64,000 nucleotides of DNA from an uncultured Candidatus Saccharibacteria bacterium (GTDB lineage Bacteria; Patescibacteriota; Saccharimonadia; Saccharimonadales; JALRHH01), in assembly GCA_964590315.1 (NCBI GenBank), contig CAZPVS010000001.1:42926-106925 (forward strand). Direction: 5' to 3'. The translations under genes and the position numbers were made by a program. The notes under the pieces were generated by a model that had not been told where the DNA came from, did no database searches, and was given only the letters and a program-made list of their open reading frames with translations. The first letter of the stretch is position 1, and each line of letters begins with the position of its first letter. Positions 37,992-47,504 of this stretch are shown one piece after another.

Positions 37992-39499
37992 TCATGGCGG
38001 TCCTAGGTTTATTCTCACGAAAGACAATCCTCGTCTTATTGGGATCGGTCCTATTACTCATTGCTGTGCAGACAAATTCTGCGCAGGCTGCATGTTCCGC
38101 GCAACCTACGACCTACGGAAGCTCCACAATGACGGTGAACGTACCAAATGCCGGAACGTACCGCGTCTGGAGCCGAATTATGGCACCAAACACAACTGCC
38201 AATTCTTATATTCTTGAGGTAGACGATACAACTTGTAATATTGTCGTGGGTGACAGTGCTATTGCGGCAAATACGTGGACATGGGTTGATTACAAGAGTG
38301 CAACCACAACAAATAAAGTGTCATTAACCCTGACTGCAGGTCAGCATACATTTAAGATGATTGGGCGCGAAGCCAATGTTAAGTTAGATCGTATTATTTT
38401 AACTGCTGACACGACTTGTGTTCCGACAGGAACGGGAGAAAACTGCGCCAATCCACCTGACACAACCCCACCCGTAGTGGCTCTATCTTCACCGGCCGCT
38501 GGTGCAACGGTATCGGGCCCCACTGCAATTCGAGCCACGGCGAGTGATGACGTGGCTGTAAGCAAGGTAGAATTTTATGTTAACAGCACCCTCAGGGGTG
38601 CCGATACCTCTGCAGCAACCGGTGGCGTTTATGAAGTCACCTTTGATATGTCATCATTAGCTCCTGGCCAGCACACTATATATGCCCGGGCTTATGACAC
38701 ATCTTCATCGGGTAATCCCGTCAGCAGCAGCATCCGATCAGTTACTGTCGCAGACAAAACTCCTCCAACGGTCACCCTAACGACACCTACGGCTGGTGCA
38801 ACCGTGTCAGGAACAAGTACGTTCTCAGCAAACGCCACTGATAATGTAGGGGTGACCAAAGTTGAATTCCTCGTTGATGGTGCTGTTGTCGCCACTGATA
38901 CAGCTTCTCCGTATACCGTTTCTGTCGATACAAAACTATTCACTAACGGAGCGCATACCGTTATAGCTCGAGCTTCCGACGCTGGTGGCAATACGACCCC
39001 AACTGCAGGGGTGAATATAACTGTCAGCAACATCACGGTGCCCGTTGACACCACTCCCCCAACGGTATCCATAACGAACCCCGCGTCCAGTGCGACTATT
39101 TCAGGGACAGCAGCATTCTCTGCAAACGCCACTGATAATGTAGGGGTGACCAAAGTTGAATTCCTCGTTGATGGTGCTCTGAAAAGTACTGACACAACCG
39201 CTCCTTATGACTACAGCCTTAATACCTCTACGCTTACTAACGCTGCACATAATCTGACTGTAAAAGCTTACGATGCAGCTGGTAATATGCAGACAAACTC
39301 AGTGAGTGTAACGGTTTCAAACGTGACGTACCTCAGGGAGGACATCAATAGCGACGGTACAGTCAACATCCAAGACTTCAGCCTTCTTGCAGCCAAGTTC
39401 GGGCAAACAGGTTCAAACCTAGGGCGTGAGGACATCAATAGCGACGGTACAGTCAACATCCAAGACTTCAGCCTTCTTGCAGCCAAGTTCGGGGCTTAA
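37988..39499 (+). CDS. secreted protein with three Ig-like (Big) repeats and two C-terminal dockerin-type repeats
   Basis: Signal peptide. Three repeats of TPPTV..P..GATVSG....A.A.DNVGVTKVEF.VDG. Two copies of REDINSDGTVNIQDFSLLAAKFG, which is a dockerin Ca-binding repeat pattern (D.N.DG.VN..D). Confidence 0.6.
   Translation: MIMAVLGLFSRKTILVLLGSVLLLIAVQTNSAQAACSAQPTTYGSSTMTVNVPNAGTYRVWSRIMAPNTTANSYILEVDDTTCNIVVGDSAIAANTWTWVDYKSATTTNKVSLTLTAGQHTFKMIGREANVKLDRIILTADTTCVPTGTGENCANPPDTTPPVVALSSPAAGATVSGPTAIRATASDDVAVSKVEFYVNSTLRGADTSAATGGVYEVTFDMSSLAPGQHTIYARAYDTSSSGNPVSSSIRSVTVADKTPPTVTLTTPTAGATVSGTSTFSANATDNVGVTKVEFLVDGAVVATDTASPYTVSVDTKLFTNGAHTVIARASDAGGNTTPTAGVNITVSNITVPVDTTPPTVSITNPASSATISGTAAFSANATDNVGVTKVEFLVDGALKSTDTTAPYDYSLNTSTLTNAAHNLTVKAYDAAGNMQTNSVSVTVSNVTYLREDINSDGTVNIQDFSLLAAKFGQTGSNLGREDINSDGTVNIQDFSLLAAKFGA
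39338..39493. repeat. tandem 66-bp perfect direct repeat (period 90 bp) encoding the two dockerin repeats
   Basis: gaggacatcaatagcgacggtacagtcaacatccaagacttcagccttcttgcagccaagttcggg occurs twice. A ~64-bp near-identical repeat also sits at ~38822 and ~39116 (the Ig-like repeats). Confidence 0.8.
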
Positions 39500-39510
39500 T
39501 ACAAGCTATC

Positions 39511-39536
39511 TGGCACTCTGGACTTTTGAGTGCTAG
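39511..39536. promoter_or_regulatory. CIRCE operator (HrcA binding site) upstream of hrcA
   Basis: TGGCACTC-N9-GAGTGCTAg versus the consensus TTAGCACTC-N9-GAGTGCTAA. A tacaat -10 box follows. Confidence 0.75.
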
Positions 39537-39556
39537 GAAGCTACAATAGGGTCATT

Positions 39557-40261
39557 ATGACGGAGCGTCAAAATCACATTTTACGCGCTATTGTTGAGCA
39601 GTATGCAGAAGTCGCCAGTCCCGTGGGCTCAAGTTTGCTCGCAAAAGTATTCGGCGTGTCTTCTGCTACCATACGGTCAGAGATGGCTGAGCTTGAGCGC
39701 GCGGGATTCATTATGCAGCCTCATACGAGTGCGGGCCGCATACCAACCGACAAAGGCTATCGACTGTATGTCAATAGTCTTACGGAGCATCATGAGTCTG
39801 CCTCGGAACACCGTGCCCAGCGTGCTTTGGCTGCTCGGGTTGAAGGCGGGGGGTTGCCAGAGCGGACTATTCGAAACGCGGTAGATACACTGGTTGAGCT
39901 GACGCATAACCTTGGTATCGCAACTATTGGGAACCAGTTGTATATGAGCGGATTATCCAACTTATTTGGCCAGCCAGAGTTTGCGAGTGGCAACCAGGTA
40001 CAACAAGTTGCCCGTTTGCTCGATAATCTTGAGCCGTGGTTACGAGAAGCAGCTCCAAATGAGCCGTTGAGTGTTTATATTGGGGCGGAAAACCCGATTG
40101 GCCGGAGTGCTGGCGCCAGTCTCATAATTTGTCGCTTCCGAAGTCCATACAGCGATCATAGCTACATAGGTGTGCTTGGCCCGACACGCCAGCAATATCG
40201 TAATGTTATGAATCTCGTGGAACACGCAGGACGATCACTGGAGGAAGTTCTGTATGCTTAG
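39557..40261 (+). CDS. hrcA: heat-inducible transcription repressor HrcA (compact form)
   Basis: N-terminal winged HTH (RQNHILRAIVEQYAEVASPVGSSLLA) and the C-terminal IGVLGPTRQQYRNVMNLV motif. The track start at 39530 is GTG; the ATG at 39557 is preferred. Confidence 0.85.
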   Translation: MTERQNHILRAIVEQYAEVASPVGSSLLAKVFGVSSATIRSEMAELERAGFIMQPHTSAGRIPTDKGYRLYVNSLTEHHESASEHRAQRALAARVEGGGLPERTIRNAVDTLVELTHNLGIATIGNQLYMSGLSNLFGQPEFASGNQVQQVARLLDNLEPWLREAAPNEPLSVYIGAENPIGRSAGASLIICRFRSPYSDHSYIGVLGPTRQQYRNVMNLVEHAGRSLEEVLYA

Positions 40262-40475
40262 TGATAGCGTGCGTGCAGAGCTTGTTTCGGTACACCTGGA
40301 AGCAGCAAAAGATAGAGATGAGGGGCTACTATTTTGTGCAAATGCACGAATAGAAGCGGCGCGACTCACTATTTTTTTGAGTGGGTTGAGCTGGGAGGAC
40401 ACAGATGTTGCTGACCGGGAAGCTACAGAAATCGTGAATGATTTCAATGAAGAAATGAGGAGGCTGAATGTCTAA
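40254..40475 (+). CDS. hypothetical 73-aa protein overlapping the hrcA end and the grpE start by 8 nt each
   Basis: ORF in a third frame. Acidic. Possibly translationally coupled. Confidence 0.3.
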   Translation: MLSDSVRAELVSVHLEAAKDRDEGLLFCANARIEAARLTIFLSGLSWEDTDVADREATEIVNDFNEEMRRLNV

Positions 40476-40926
40476 GAAACCATCAGTAAAGGAACTAGAG
40501 GAAAAAGTTGCCGAACTCACTGAAGCTTTGCAGCGGGAGCGGGCAGATATTATAAACGTCCGCCGCCGACACGACGAACAGATTACGAGCCTTAAGAGCA
40601 TCGTGAAGGCCGGTATTATCCGTGACCTCCTCCCAATTATTGATAACTTTGAGCGTGCGCTAAAACACGTGCCGGATGATCTGAAGAACAACGACTATAT
40701 TCAAGGGGTGCAGGGTATTGTTAAACAGTTCGAAAAAACATTGGAGGAAATTGGGGTGACACGTATTGCTACCGTAGGCACACTATTTAATCCCGTTGTT
40801 CATGAAGCCGTGAGTATGGAAGACGGCGATGGCACTACGGAAATGGTGAGTGAGGAATTACAATCAGGCTATCAGCTTGGCGATGAAGTGATCCGCCATG
40901 CTATGGTACGTGTACGGATGCAGTAA
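40468..40926 (+). CDS. grpE: nucleotide exchange factor GrpE
   Basis: Coiled-coil N-terminus and the GrpE block IRDLLPIIDNFERAL. Confidence 0.9.
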   Translation: MSKKPSVKELEEKVAELTEALQRERADIINVRRRHDEQITSLKSIVKAGIIRDLLPIIDNFERALKHVPDDLKNNDYIQGVQGIVKQFEKTLEEIGVTRIATVGTLFNPVVHEAVSMEDGDGTTEMVSEELQSGYQLGDEVIRHAMVRVRMQ

Positions 40927-40992
40927 CACTTCTCAAATCTTGTTCATTGGCCAACAGGATGCTATAGTAGCCACTAGCAAGCATAAGCAAAA

Positions 40993-41334
40993 TTGGGGAG
41001 CAGGGACATGTCATTTAGTCCGAGTGGCGGAAATATTTCAGGAGCTGACGATGTTGCACTGAGCAATCCTCAGGACGAACATGTGCTTACGTATGATAGT
41101 GGAACAGCGAAGTGGACCAACCAAGCACTCTCTGCTTCGTCACCAACTTACGAGAATCTCCCTGCCGGCACCACCGTTACGGTGACAAAAACGGCCGGTA
41201 CATGGCCGGCACGCCCCACAGCCCGCACCGATATTGTCGTGATTTGGAAAGGTGCAGACCCCTCGCCAGCAATTGTCTCGTCAGGTACAGGCGGTATGCT
41301 CGATGGCGTTGATATGAGGTTTGTAACTGCATAA
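40993..41334 (+). CDS. hypothetical small secreted or tail-fibre-tip-like protein
   Basis: DDVALSNPQDEHVLTYDSGTAKWTNQ motif. Preceded by its own promoter-like ttgttc-17-tatagt. Confidence 0.35.
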   Translation: MGSRDMSFSPSGGNISGADDVALSNPQDEHVLTYDSGTAKWTNQALSASSPTYENLPAGTTVTVTKTAGTWPARPTARTDIVVIWKGADPSPAIVSSGTGGMLDGVDMRFVTA

Positions 41335-42197
41335 TGGCAAACTTACTCTGGAATGTATCCCAATCGCAATTGCAACGGCGGGGTGTTGCCCAGGACGCCG
41401 TCATAAATATACTCAACACTGATTTTGACGCTTTTCCAGTGTCTGATCCCATAACCATAGAAAATTATCGGACTGCAATGGGCATGACAAGCGGTGGCGG
41501 ATCATCTACAGTCGCTCGGACTGCTATCGTCTCAGAAGCTGGCCGAGGCAATGTTATACGACAGCACTTCCATGCTGGACAGTACGGTACTGCTGACGGT
41601 ATCTCTGTAAACGCGCCGCTAACAATGACTGTCGATGAGGCCACTATCACTTTTGATGTTCGTTTCACTGGTGCCAGTTTTGACTGGGGATGGGGCGGTA
41701 AATTACCGGGGCTCGCGGGTGTACGACCTGGGTACGGGAGTCCACCTTCAGGTGGCGTTCCATCTTCGTACGGATGGTCTTGTCGTGGTATGTGGATTAC
41801 CCCTGGGTCATATCCGGGCTCTTCAAGTGTACCAAATGAATTGGTTGGATATATGTATGACCCTACGCAGCTACCTGGTAATTATGGCCAAAACCGCCAA
41901 ACCAATGTTTCTTTTGTGGCCGACCAGTGGCATACCGTCAGACAGTACTACAAGATGAATACGGTCAATGTAGAGGGGGTATCCGGAAACGCTGATGGGA
42001 TTCATCTTATGTGGCTGGACGACGTTCTTGTCTATTCAAATTATACCCAAGTCTATCGTATCTACGAGGAAGCGCGTATCACACATCTTATGTGGAGTAT
42101 GTTTTACGGCGGTAATACGGTTGACTGGGCGCCAGCCATAGATACCGATATTGATATCGATAATCTACTCATTACCACACCTGTCTGGAGCAATTAG
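41334..42197 (+). CDS. possible polysaccharide-lyase-like jelly-roll protein
   Basis: DWGWGGKLPGLAG...SCRGMW...YMY resembles the conserved core of Polysacc_lyase/PL-like families as I remember it. Not verified. Confidence 0.4.
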   Translation: MANLLWNVSQSQLQRRGVAQDAVINILNTDFDAFPVSDPITIENYRTAMGMTSGGGSSTVARTAIVSEAGRGNVIRQHFHAGQYGTADGISVNAPLTMTVDEATITFDVRFTGASFDWGWGGKLPGLAGVRPGYGSPPSGGVPSSYGWSCRGMWITPGSYPGSSSVPNELVGYMYDPTQLPGNYGQNRQTNVSFVADQWHTVRQYYKMNTVNVEGVSGNADGIHLMWLDDVLVYSNYTQVYRIYEEARITHLMWSMFYGGNTVDWAPAIDTDIDIDNLLITTPVWSN

Positions 42198-42199
42198 AT

Positions 42200-43213
42200 A
42201 TGGCAGTATTACAAAACAATGCTGAAGGAGGAACAGTCGGGGTTACCGTTACAACTGGTAACTCAGGGGGGGCATCAGGTGATGCATTTAATCAGGTCAC
42301 GATAACCGGTGCATCGTCATGCGTGTTCGCCAACAACGTGAGTGCACACGGCACACAGTCCTATCGTATTACAGGCATAGCGGGCGATACGGCTAAGTTT
42401 TATTTAGGTGCTTCAGATACTGCAGAAGGTTCGCTGAGAGTTTATTTTTACCTGAACAATCTACCAAGTACTGCCCAGAGCGTCTTCCAGATGCAGAATT
42501 CTTCGTTTAGTAGCATGGCAAGCATTAATCTGACTGCGTCTAACCAACTGCGAGTGACCGATACAACAGGTGCAACCTTATTCACCGCCGCGGCTTCTTT
42601 GAGTGGATCTACCTGGTACCGTATTGAAATGCAAGTTATCGCCGGAGTAGATGCAAGCAGCGGTACGATACATTTCCAATATTATCAGGGTGATTCAACA
42701 ACCGCTGAAGAAACGTATAGTAGTACTACAGTTAACACGGGCACCATTACCGCTCGCCGACTGCATGTGGGCAAAATCAATTCCAGTCCGGCTCTTGATG
42801 CTAATTTTGATGACATTGCTTATGACTCTACCGCTACGGCAATCGGGCCATATGGGGCGAATGTGCCACCTGTTGCGATCGCTGGCCTGGATAAGAGTTA
42901 TGTTGAGCCTTATGCGACTGTTACGCTCCAGGGGGGTGGATCATCTGATAGTGACGGAAGCATCACAAGTTATACCTGGGTGCAGACGGCAGGTACTCCA
43001 GCTGTGACCTTGAATGGTAGTGGTGCATCACGAACTTTTACTGCGCCGGCTACTATCGCAGGCACGACACTGACCTTCGGGCTTACGGTGACAGATAATG
43101 ATGGCGCCTCGTCCACACAAGATACAGTGTCTATCACGATTCTTCCTGTGACGGAAAGAGCAGTGATTGGCGGTGTGGAAGTACCCGCACAACTCTACGC
43201 AGCACAATCATAG
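42200..43213 (+). CDS. secreted protein with a LamG-like N-terminal domain and a C-terminal PKD/Ig-like domain
   Basis: The C-terminal AIAGLDKSYVEPYATVTLQGGGSSDSDGSITSYTWVQTAGTPAVTLNGSGASRTFTAP...LTFGLTVTDNDGASSTQDTVSITI segment is a classic PKD domain pattern. Confidence 0.5.
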   Translation: MAVLQNNAEGGTVGVTVTTGNSGGASGDAFNQVTITGASSCVFANNVSAHGTQSYRITGIAGDTAKFYLGASDTAEGSLRVYFYLNNLPSTAQSVFQMQNSSFSSMASINLTASNQLRVTDTTGATLFTAAASLSGSTWYRIEMQVIAGVDASSGTIHFQYYQGDSTTAEETYSSTTVNTGTITARRLHVGKINSSPALDANFDDIAYDSTATAIGPYGANVPPVAIAGLDKSYVEPYATVTLQGGGSSDSDGSITSYTWVQTAGTPAVTLNGSGASRTFTAPATIAGTTLTFGLTVTDNDGASSTQDTVSITILPVTERAVIGGVEVPAQLYAAQS

Positions 43214-43223
43214 TCCTGATATA

Positions 43224-43250
43224 TTGGCACTCTTGACACATGAGTGCTAA
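43224..43250. promoter_or_regulatory. CIRCE operator upstream of dnaK
   Basis: TTgGCACTC-TTGACACAT-GAGTGCTAA. A -10 tacaat follows, and a degenerate second half-site TTAGCACTC sits at ~43271. Confidence 0.8.
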
Positions 43251-43316
43251 TTTTTTATGCTACAATAGTATTAGCACTCATACATAGTTATTGCTAACGG
43301 AAAGGGCAAAACCACA

Positions 43317-45215
43317 ATGGGAAAAATTATCGGAATTGACTTAGGAACCACCAACTCTGCTATGGCAGTCATGCAGGCTGGCAAGGCTGAAATCATTGCA
43401 AACTCGGAGGGCAATCGCACAACACCATCCGTCGTTGCTATTAATAAGAATGATGAACGACTCGTAGGCCAAGTTGCGCGCCGACAACAGGTCACCAATC
43501 CTAAAAACACTATTTATGAAGTTAAACGTTTGATTGGCCGTAACTTCAGCGACAAGGAAGTACAGCGCGACCTCAAACTGATGGGCTACGAAATCGTTAA
43601 GGGCAAGACCGGTGTCAAGGTTAAGATGGGCGATAAAGAATATAGCCCCGAAGAGATTAGTGCCATGGTGCTGGCTAAGCTGAAGACAGACGCAGAGAGC
43701 TTTCTCGGTGAGCCAGTAACAGAAGCTGTTATCACTGTACCAGCGTACTTCGATGATTCCCAGCGCCATGCTACAAAAGATGCTGGCAAGATTGCTGGTC
43801 TAGAAGTAAAACGCATTATTAATGAGCCAACTGCTGCTGCATTGGCTTACGGCCTCGATAAGCAGTCCGGTAAAGATGAGAAAATTGCAGTATATGACTT
43901 GGGTGGCGGTACATTTGATGTATCTATCCTGGAGCTTGGCGACGGCGTATTTGAGGTCAAGTCAACGAATGGCGATACCCATCTTGGTGGTGCTGATTTT
44001 GATCGCGCAATCGTCAACTACTTTGTTGCTGAGTTCAAGAAGGAGCATGGCATTGACCTGACTGAGGACAACGCTGCCATGCAACGGCTCCGTGATGAAG
44101 CGGAAAAGGCGAAGATTGAGCTTTCGACGACAAATGAAGTCACGATTAACCTGCCGTTTTTGACTGCTGACGCTGATGGACCAAAGCACTTCGAGCACAA
44201 GCTGACTCGTGCCAAACTGGAGAACCTAGTCGGTGACTTGGTAGATAAAACGGCCGTTCCATGTGAGAAAGCCCTGAAGGATGCCGGCTTGAAAGCAAGC
44301 GATATTGACGCCGTGGTATTGGTCGGTGGTATGACTCGTATGCCAGCCGTACAAGAGAAGGTGAAGCAGATCTTCGGCAAAGACCCAATGAAGGGTGTCA
44401 ATCCCGATGAAGTTGTTGCTATCGGTGCGGCTATCCAGGGCGGTGTTTTGCAGGGTGATGTGAAGGACGTACTCCTTTTGGATGTAACTCCGCTTTCACT
44501 CGGGATTGAAACACTTGGCGGTGTTGCTACTAAGCTGATTGAACGAAACACAACCATCCCGACAAGCAAATCAGAGACGTTTAGTACTGCGGCTGATAAC
44601 CAGCCACAAGTAGAGATCCATGTTGTACAAGGTGAGCGAGAAATGGTAGCTGACAACAAATCTCTTGGCCGCTTTGTACTTGATGGCATTCCTCCTGCCC
44701 CACGTGGCATTCCGCAGATCGAAGTAACATTTAATATTGATGCCAACGGAATATTGAATGTGACCGCAAAGGACAAGGGTTCCGGTAAAGAGCAAAGTAT
44801 CACCATTCAGAACAGCGGTAATCTGGATAAAAATGAAGTAGAGAAGATGGCGAAAGAGGCCGAAGCTCACGCCGAAGAAGATAAGCAGAAGCGCGAAGCT
44901 ATCGATGCTCGCAACCAGCTTGACAGTGTCACATACCAGGCAGAGAAAATGAAGATCGATTACAAGGACAAGCTCTCAGAAGAAGATGTCAAAACACTTG
45001 ATGAAGCAGTCGCAGCCGCCAAGAAAGTCGTGGCAGATGAAAAAGCCAGCAAGGACGATCTAGAGAAGGCAGCCAAAGAGTTGCAGGACAAGATCATGCC
45101 TATTGGTGCCAAAATGTATGAGCAGGCTCAAGCAGCAGAAACACCAGCTGATACTGATGCTAAAAAGTCTGACAAGGACGAGCCGGTAGAAGGCGAAGTC
45201 GTCGACGAGAAATAA
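43317..45215 (+). CDS. dnaK: molecular chaperone DnaK (Hsp70)
   Basis: [14 protein letters not shown] and [10 protein letters not shown] motifs. Full-length Hsp70. Confidence 0.97.
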   Translation: MGKIIGIDLGTTNSAMAVMQAGKAEIIANSEGNRTTPSVVAINKNDERLVGQVARRQQVTNPKNTIYEVKRLIGRNFSDKEVQRDLKLMGYEIVKGKTGVKVKMGDKEYSPEEISAMVLAKLKTDAESFLGEPVTEAVITVPAYFDDSQRHATKDAGKIAGLEVKRIINEPTAAALAYGLDKQSGKDEKIAVYDLGGGTFDVSILELGDGVFEVKSTNGDTHLGGADFDRAIVNYFVAEFKKEHGIDLTEDNAAMQRLRDEAEKAKIELSTTNEVTINLPFLTADADGPKHFEHKLTRAKLENLVGDLVDKTAVPCEKALKDAGLKASDIDAVVLVGGMTRMPAVQEKVKQIFGKDPMKGVNPDEVVAIGAAIQGGVLQGDVKDVLLLDVTPLSLGIETLGGVATKLIERNTTIPTSKSETFSTAADNQPQVEIHVVQGEREMVADNKSLGRFVLDGIPPAPRGIPQIEVTFNIDANGILNVTAKDKGSGKEQSITIQNSGNLDKNEVEKMAKEAEAHAEEDKQKREAIDARNQLDSVTYQAEKMKIDYKDKLSEEDVKTLDEAVAAAKKVVADEKASKDDLEKAAKELQDKIMPIGAKMYEQAQAAETPADTDAKKSDKDEPVEGEVVDEK

Positions 45216-45298
45216 CACACAACTGGACTGTATAATAGTTCACTTACTTCAGCATCGCGGTATCGTACGATAGATCCATAACGTAAAGGAGTTATAGT

Positions 45299-45550
45299 AT
45301 GAATATACTGGCATGGATCGTTCTCGGAGGTGTAGCTGGCTGGATCGCATCAATGTTTGCCAAAACAAACGAGAGTATGGGCATCTTTGCAAATATTATC
45401 GTTGGTATAGTCGGTGCCTTTTTAGGCGGTTGGCTGTTTGAGACATTTGGTAGCACTGGAGTGACAGGATTTAATTTCTGGAGCCTCTTCGTAGCAGTTG
45501 TCGGCGCATTTGTACTGCTGATGGTTGTGCGGGCTTTCCGCCGCGCGTAA
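45299..45550 (+). CDS. GlsB/YeaQ/YmgE family transglycosylase-associated membrane protein
   Basis: MNILAWIVLGGVAGWIASMF with repeated GxxxG helices. Confidence 0.7.
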   Translation: MNILAWIVLGGVAGWIASMFAKTNESMGIFANIIVGIVGAFLGGWLFETFGSTGVTGFNFWSLFVAVVGAFVLLMVVRAFRRA

Positions 45551-45570
45551 CCCGTTACGGCAACTTTATA

Positions 45571-45596
45571 AAAACACCGGTACATCCGGTGTTTTT
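45571..45596 (+). terminator. rho-independent terminator
   Basis: aaaacaccgg-tacat-ccggtgttttt. Confidence 0.6.
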
Positions 45597-45659
45597 ATAG
45601 TGCAGCTAAACTATATAAATTCCTGCACTTTGGCGTATTGATATATAATAATACTGAAG

Positions 45660-46319
45660 ATGAGTAAGACAAAAATTCCTAACCCCATGCATGGCCGCCG
45701 CCGCGTATTCATGGGTGTTACCATTCAGCAGGCATTTCCCTATATTCTTATCATAACGGCAATTATTGGATTCGTTGCGTCCTTTGTTCTGACACTTGAG
45801 CATATGGAATTACTGAAAGATCCAAATTATGACCCGACATGCAGTATTAACCCTATTTTAAGCTGTGGACCCGTTATGGGAAGTCCAACAGCCACGCAGT
45901 TTGGCTTTCCGAATCCTCTGATGGGGCTGGCCAGTTTTGCCGCTCAGGCCGTTATAGGACTTGCCCTCCTAGCAGGAGCTCGTATCAAAACATGGTTTTG
46001 GCGGTTATGGGGTATGCAGGTGGCAGGTAGTGTGGCGTTTACGTTGTTCCTGATGCAGCAGAGTATTTTTGTTATCAAGGCGCTCTGTATCTACTGCATG
46101 GCGGTGTGGATAATCATGAGCATTAGTGCATGGTACACCGTACAGTACCTCCTTGCAGAGGGGCATATCGGGAAGCAACAGAGTAAGACTACCCAACTGG
46201 TTCGTAAATACCACGCCGATATCCTTCTTGTATGGTTCTTGTTGGTCATTTGTTTGATTTTGTGGGAATTCTGGTACTTTTTTGGGCCGAAGTTAGGGCT
46301 TGCATCACTGGCACTCTAG
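45660..46319 (+). CDS. vitamin K epoxide reductase (VKOR) family protein
   Basis: Loop cysteine pair CSINPILSC and the active-site CIYC in a TM helix. Confidence 0.7.
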   Translation: MSKTKIPNPMHGRRRVFMGVTIQQAFPYILIITAIIGFVASFVLTLEHMELLKDPNYDPTCSINPILSCGPVMGSPTATQFGFPNPLMGLASFAAQAVIGLALLAGARIKTWFWRLWGMQVAGSVAFTLFLMQQSIFVIKALCIYCMAVWIIMSISAWYTVQYLLAEGHIGKQQSKTTQLVRKYHADILLVWFLLVICLILWEFWYFFGPKLGLASLAL

Positions 46320-46334
46320 ACTTTTGAGTGCTAA
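46309..46334. promoter_or_regulatory. CIRCE operator upstream of dnaJ
   Basis: TGGCACTC-TAGACTTTT-GAGTGCTAA. Confidence 0.8.
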
Positions 46335-46354
46335 TTTATTATCATTGATACCAG

Positions 46355-47455
46355 ATGAGTAAACGAGATTATTATGAAGTTCTTGGCGTCGATAAGGGCG
46401 CATCAGCCGACGAAATAAAAAAAGCATTTCGTCGTCTTGCCGTGCAGTATCACCCTGATAAAGAGGGTGGGGATGAAGCCAAGTTCAAGGAAGTCAACGA
46501 GGCATATGAAGTCTTAAAAGACGATAAAAAGCGTCAGCGCTATGATCAGTTTGGACATGCCGGTGTCGGGGGCGCGAGCGGCGGCGGTAACCCCTTCGAA
46601 GGCTTTAGTGGTTTTGGTGGCCAGGGACAAAACGTTAATTTCGATTTTGGAGATCTCGGCCTTGGCGATATTTTTGGCAGTTTCTTTGGCGGAGGGCATC
46701 AACGCAAACAACAGCATCGCGGGAATGACATCGAAACATTGGTGGAGGTGGAATTTGAGCAAGCGGTGTTCGGCACAGAAGTTGATCTTAACCTCAATCT
46801 TGAAGATAACTGTGAACACTGCAAAGGTACGACCGTTGAGCCTGGCCACGAGCTGAAGACGTGTGATGAATGTCACGGCTCCGGGCAAACCGTGCGTGTC
46901 ATGCGCACGATGTTCGGTAATATCCAGCAAGCAACAGTTTGCCCGACGTGTAAGGGGAACGGCAAGGTCCCAGAGAAAGTATGTTCCGTTTGTCGCGGTA
47001 GCGGCACACAGCGTACTAAGCAAACAGTTGCCCTCAAAATTCCTGCGGGCGTGGACGATGGGGCGGTTATTAGATTACGTGAACACGGTGAAGCCATTGC
47101 CAACGGGCCAAAGGGCGATCTGTATGTCAATATTCGCGTCAAACCGCACAAGAAATTCACCCGTGAAGGCGACTTAATTCTTTCTGAAGAAGCAATAGAT
47201 ATGGTTGACGCAGCACTTGGTATCGAAATAAAGGTAGATACTGTCGATGGCCCAATCACCATGAAAGTTCCTGCCGGTACCCAGAGTGGTACGGACTTTA
47301 AATTATCCAACCACGGCGTACCTCATTTACGTAAAGAAACTCGAGGTGCCCACATTGTGACGGTCGTCGTTCAGACCCCGACCAAGCTCAATAAGAAACA
47401 ACAGCAACTACTCGAAGAATTCAAAAATTCCAAAAAAACCGGCCTCTTCAACTAA
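46355..47455 (+). CDS. dnaJ: molecular chaperone DnaJ
   Basis: J domain with HPD (YYEVLGV...YHPDK), a G/F-rich region and 4 x CxxCxGxG. Confidence 0.95.
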   Translation: MSKRDYYEVLGVDKGASADEIKKAFRRLAVQYHPDKEGGDEAKFKEVNEAYEVLKDDKKRQRYDQFGHAGVGGASGGGNPFEGFSGFGGQGQNVNFDFGDLGLGDIFGSFFGGGHQRKQQHRGNDIETLVEVEFEQAVFGTEVDLNLNLEDNCEHCKGTTVEPGHELKTCDECHGSGQTVRVMRTMFGNIQQATVCPTCKGNGKVPEKVCSVCRGSGTQRTKQTVALKIPAGVDDGAVIRLREHGEAIANGPKGDLYVNIRVKPHKKFTREGDLILSEEAIDMVDAALGIEIKVDTVDGPITMKVPAGTQSGTDFKLSNHGVPHLRKETRGAHIVTVVVQTPTKLNKKQQQLLEEFKNSKKTGLFN

Positions 47456-47504
47456 CAAGCGTACTGAGCTAGACAAAAGTACAAAAAGTAGTATAATATC
47501 GTGT

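Noticed and set aside
38822-39493. CRISPR array suggested by regularly spaced perfect direct repeats
   Set aside because: The repeats are 64-66 bp, lie inside an ORF and encode the Ig-like and dockerin protein repeats. No cas genes are present.
39557-40261. hrcA truncated or frameshifted because it is only 243 aa
   Set aside because: The characteristic C-terminal motif (IGVLGPTRQQY.NVMNLV) is present before the stop, so it reads as a compact but complete gene.
31612-43213. Diversity-generating retroelement targeting the LamG/tail-fibre-like genes
   Set aside because: No reverse transcriptase gene and no template/variable repeat pair with adenine-specific differences could be seen. The repeats present are in-frame coding repeats.
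31612-43213. Prophage
   Set aside because: Only receptor-binding-type proteins are present. There are no capsid, terminase, portal or integrase genes, and housekeeping genes are interleaved.
44018-44806. 262-aa antisense ORF inside dnaK (and similar antisense ORFs inside dnaJ, ftsH, lepA and the 47505 gene)
   Set aside because: These are typical antisense frames in GC-balanced, well-conserved genes. No independent support.
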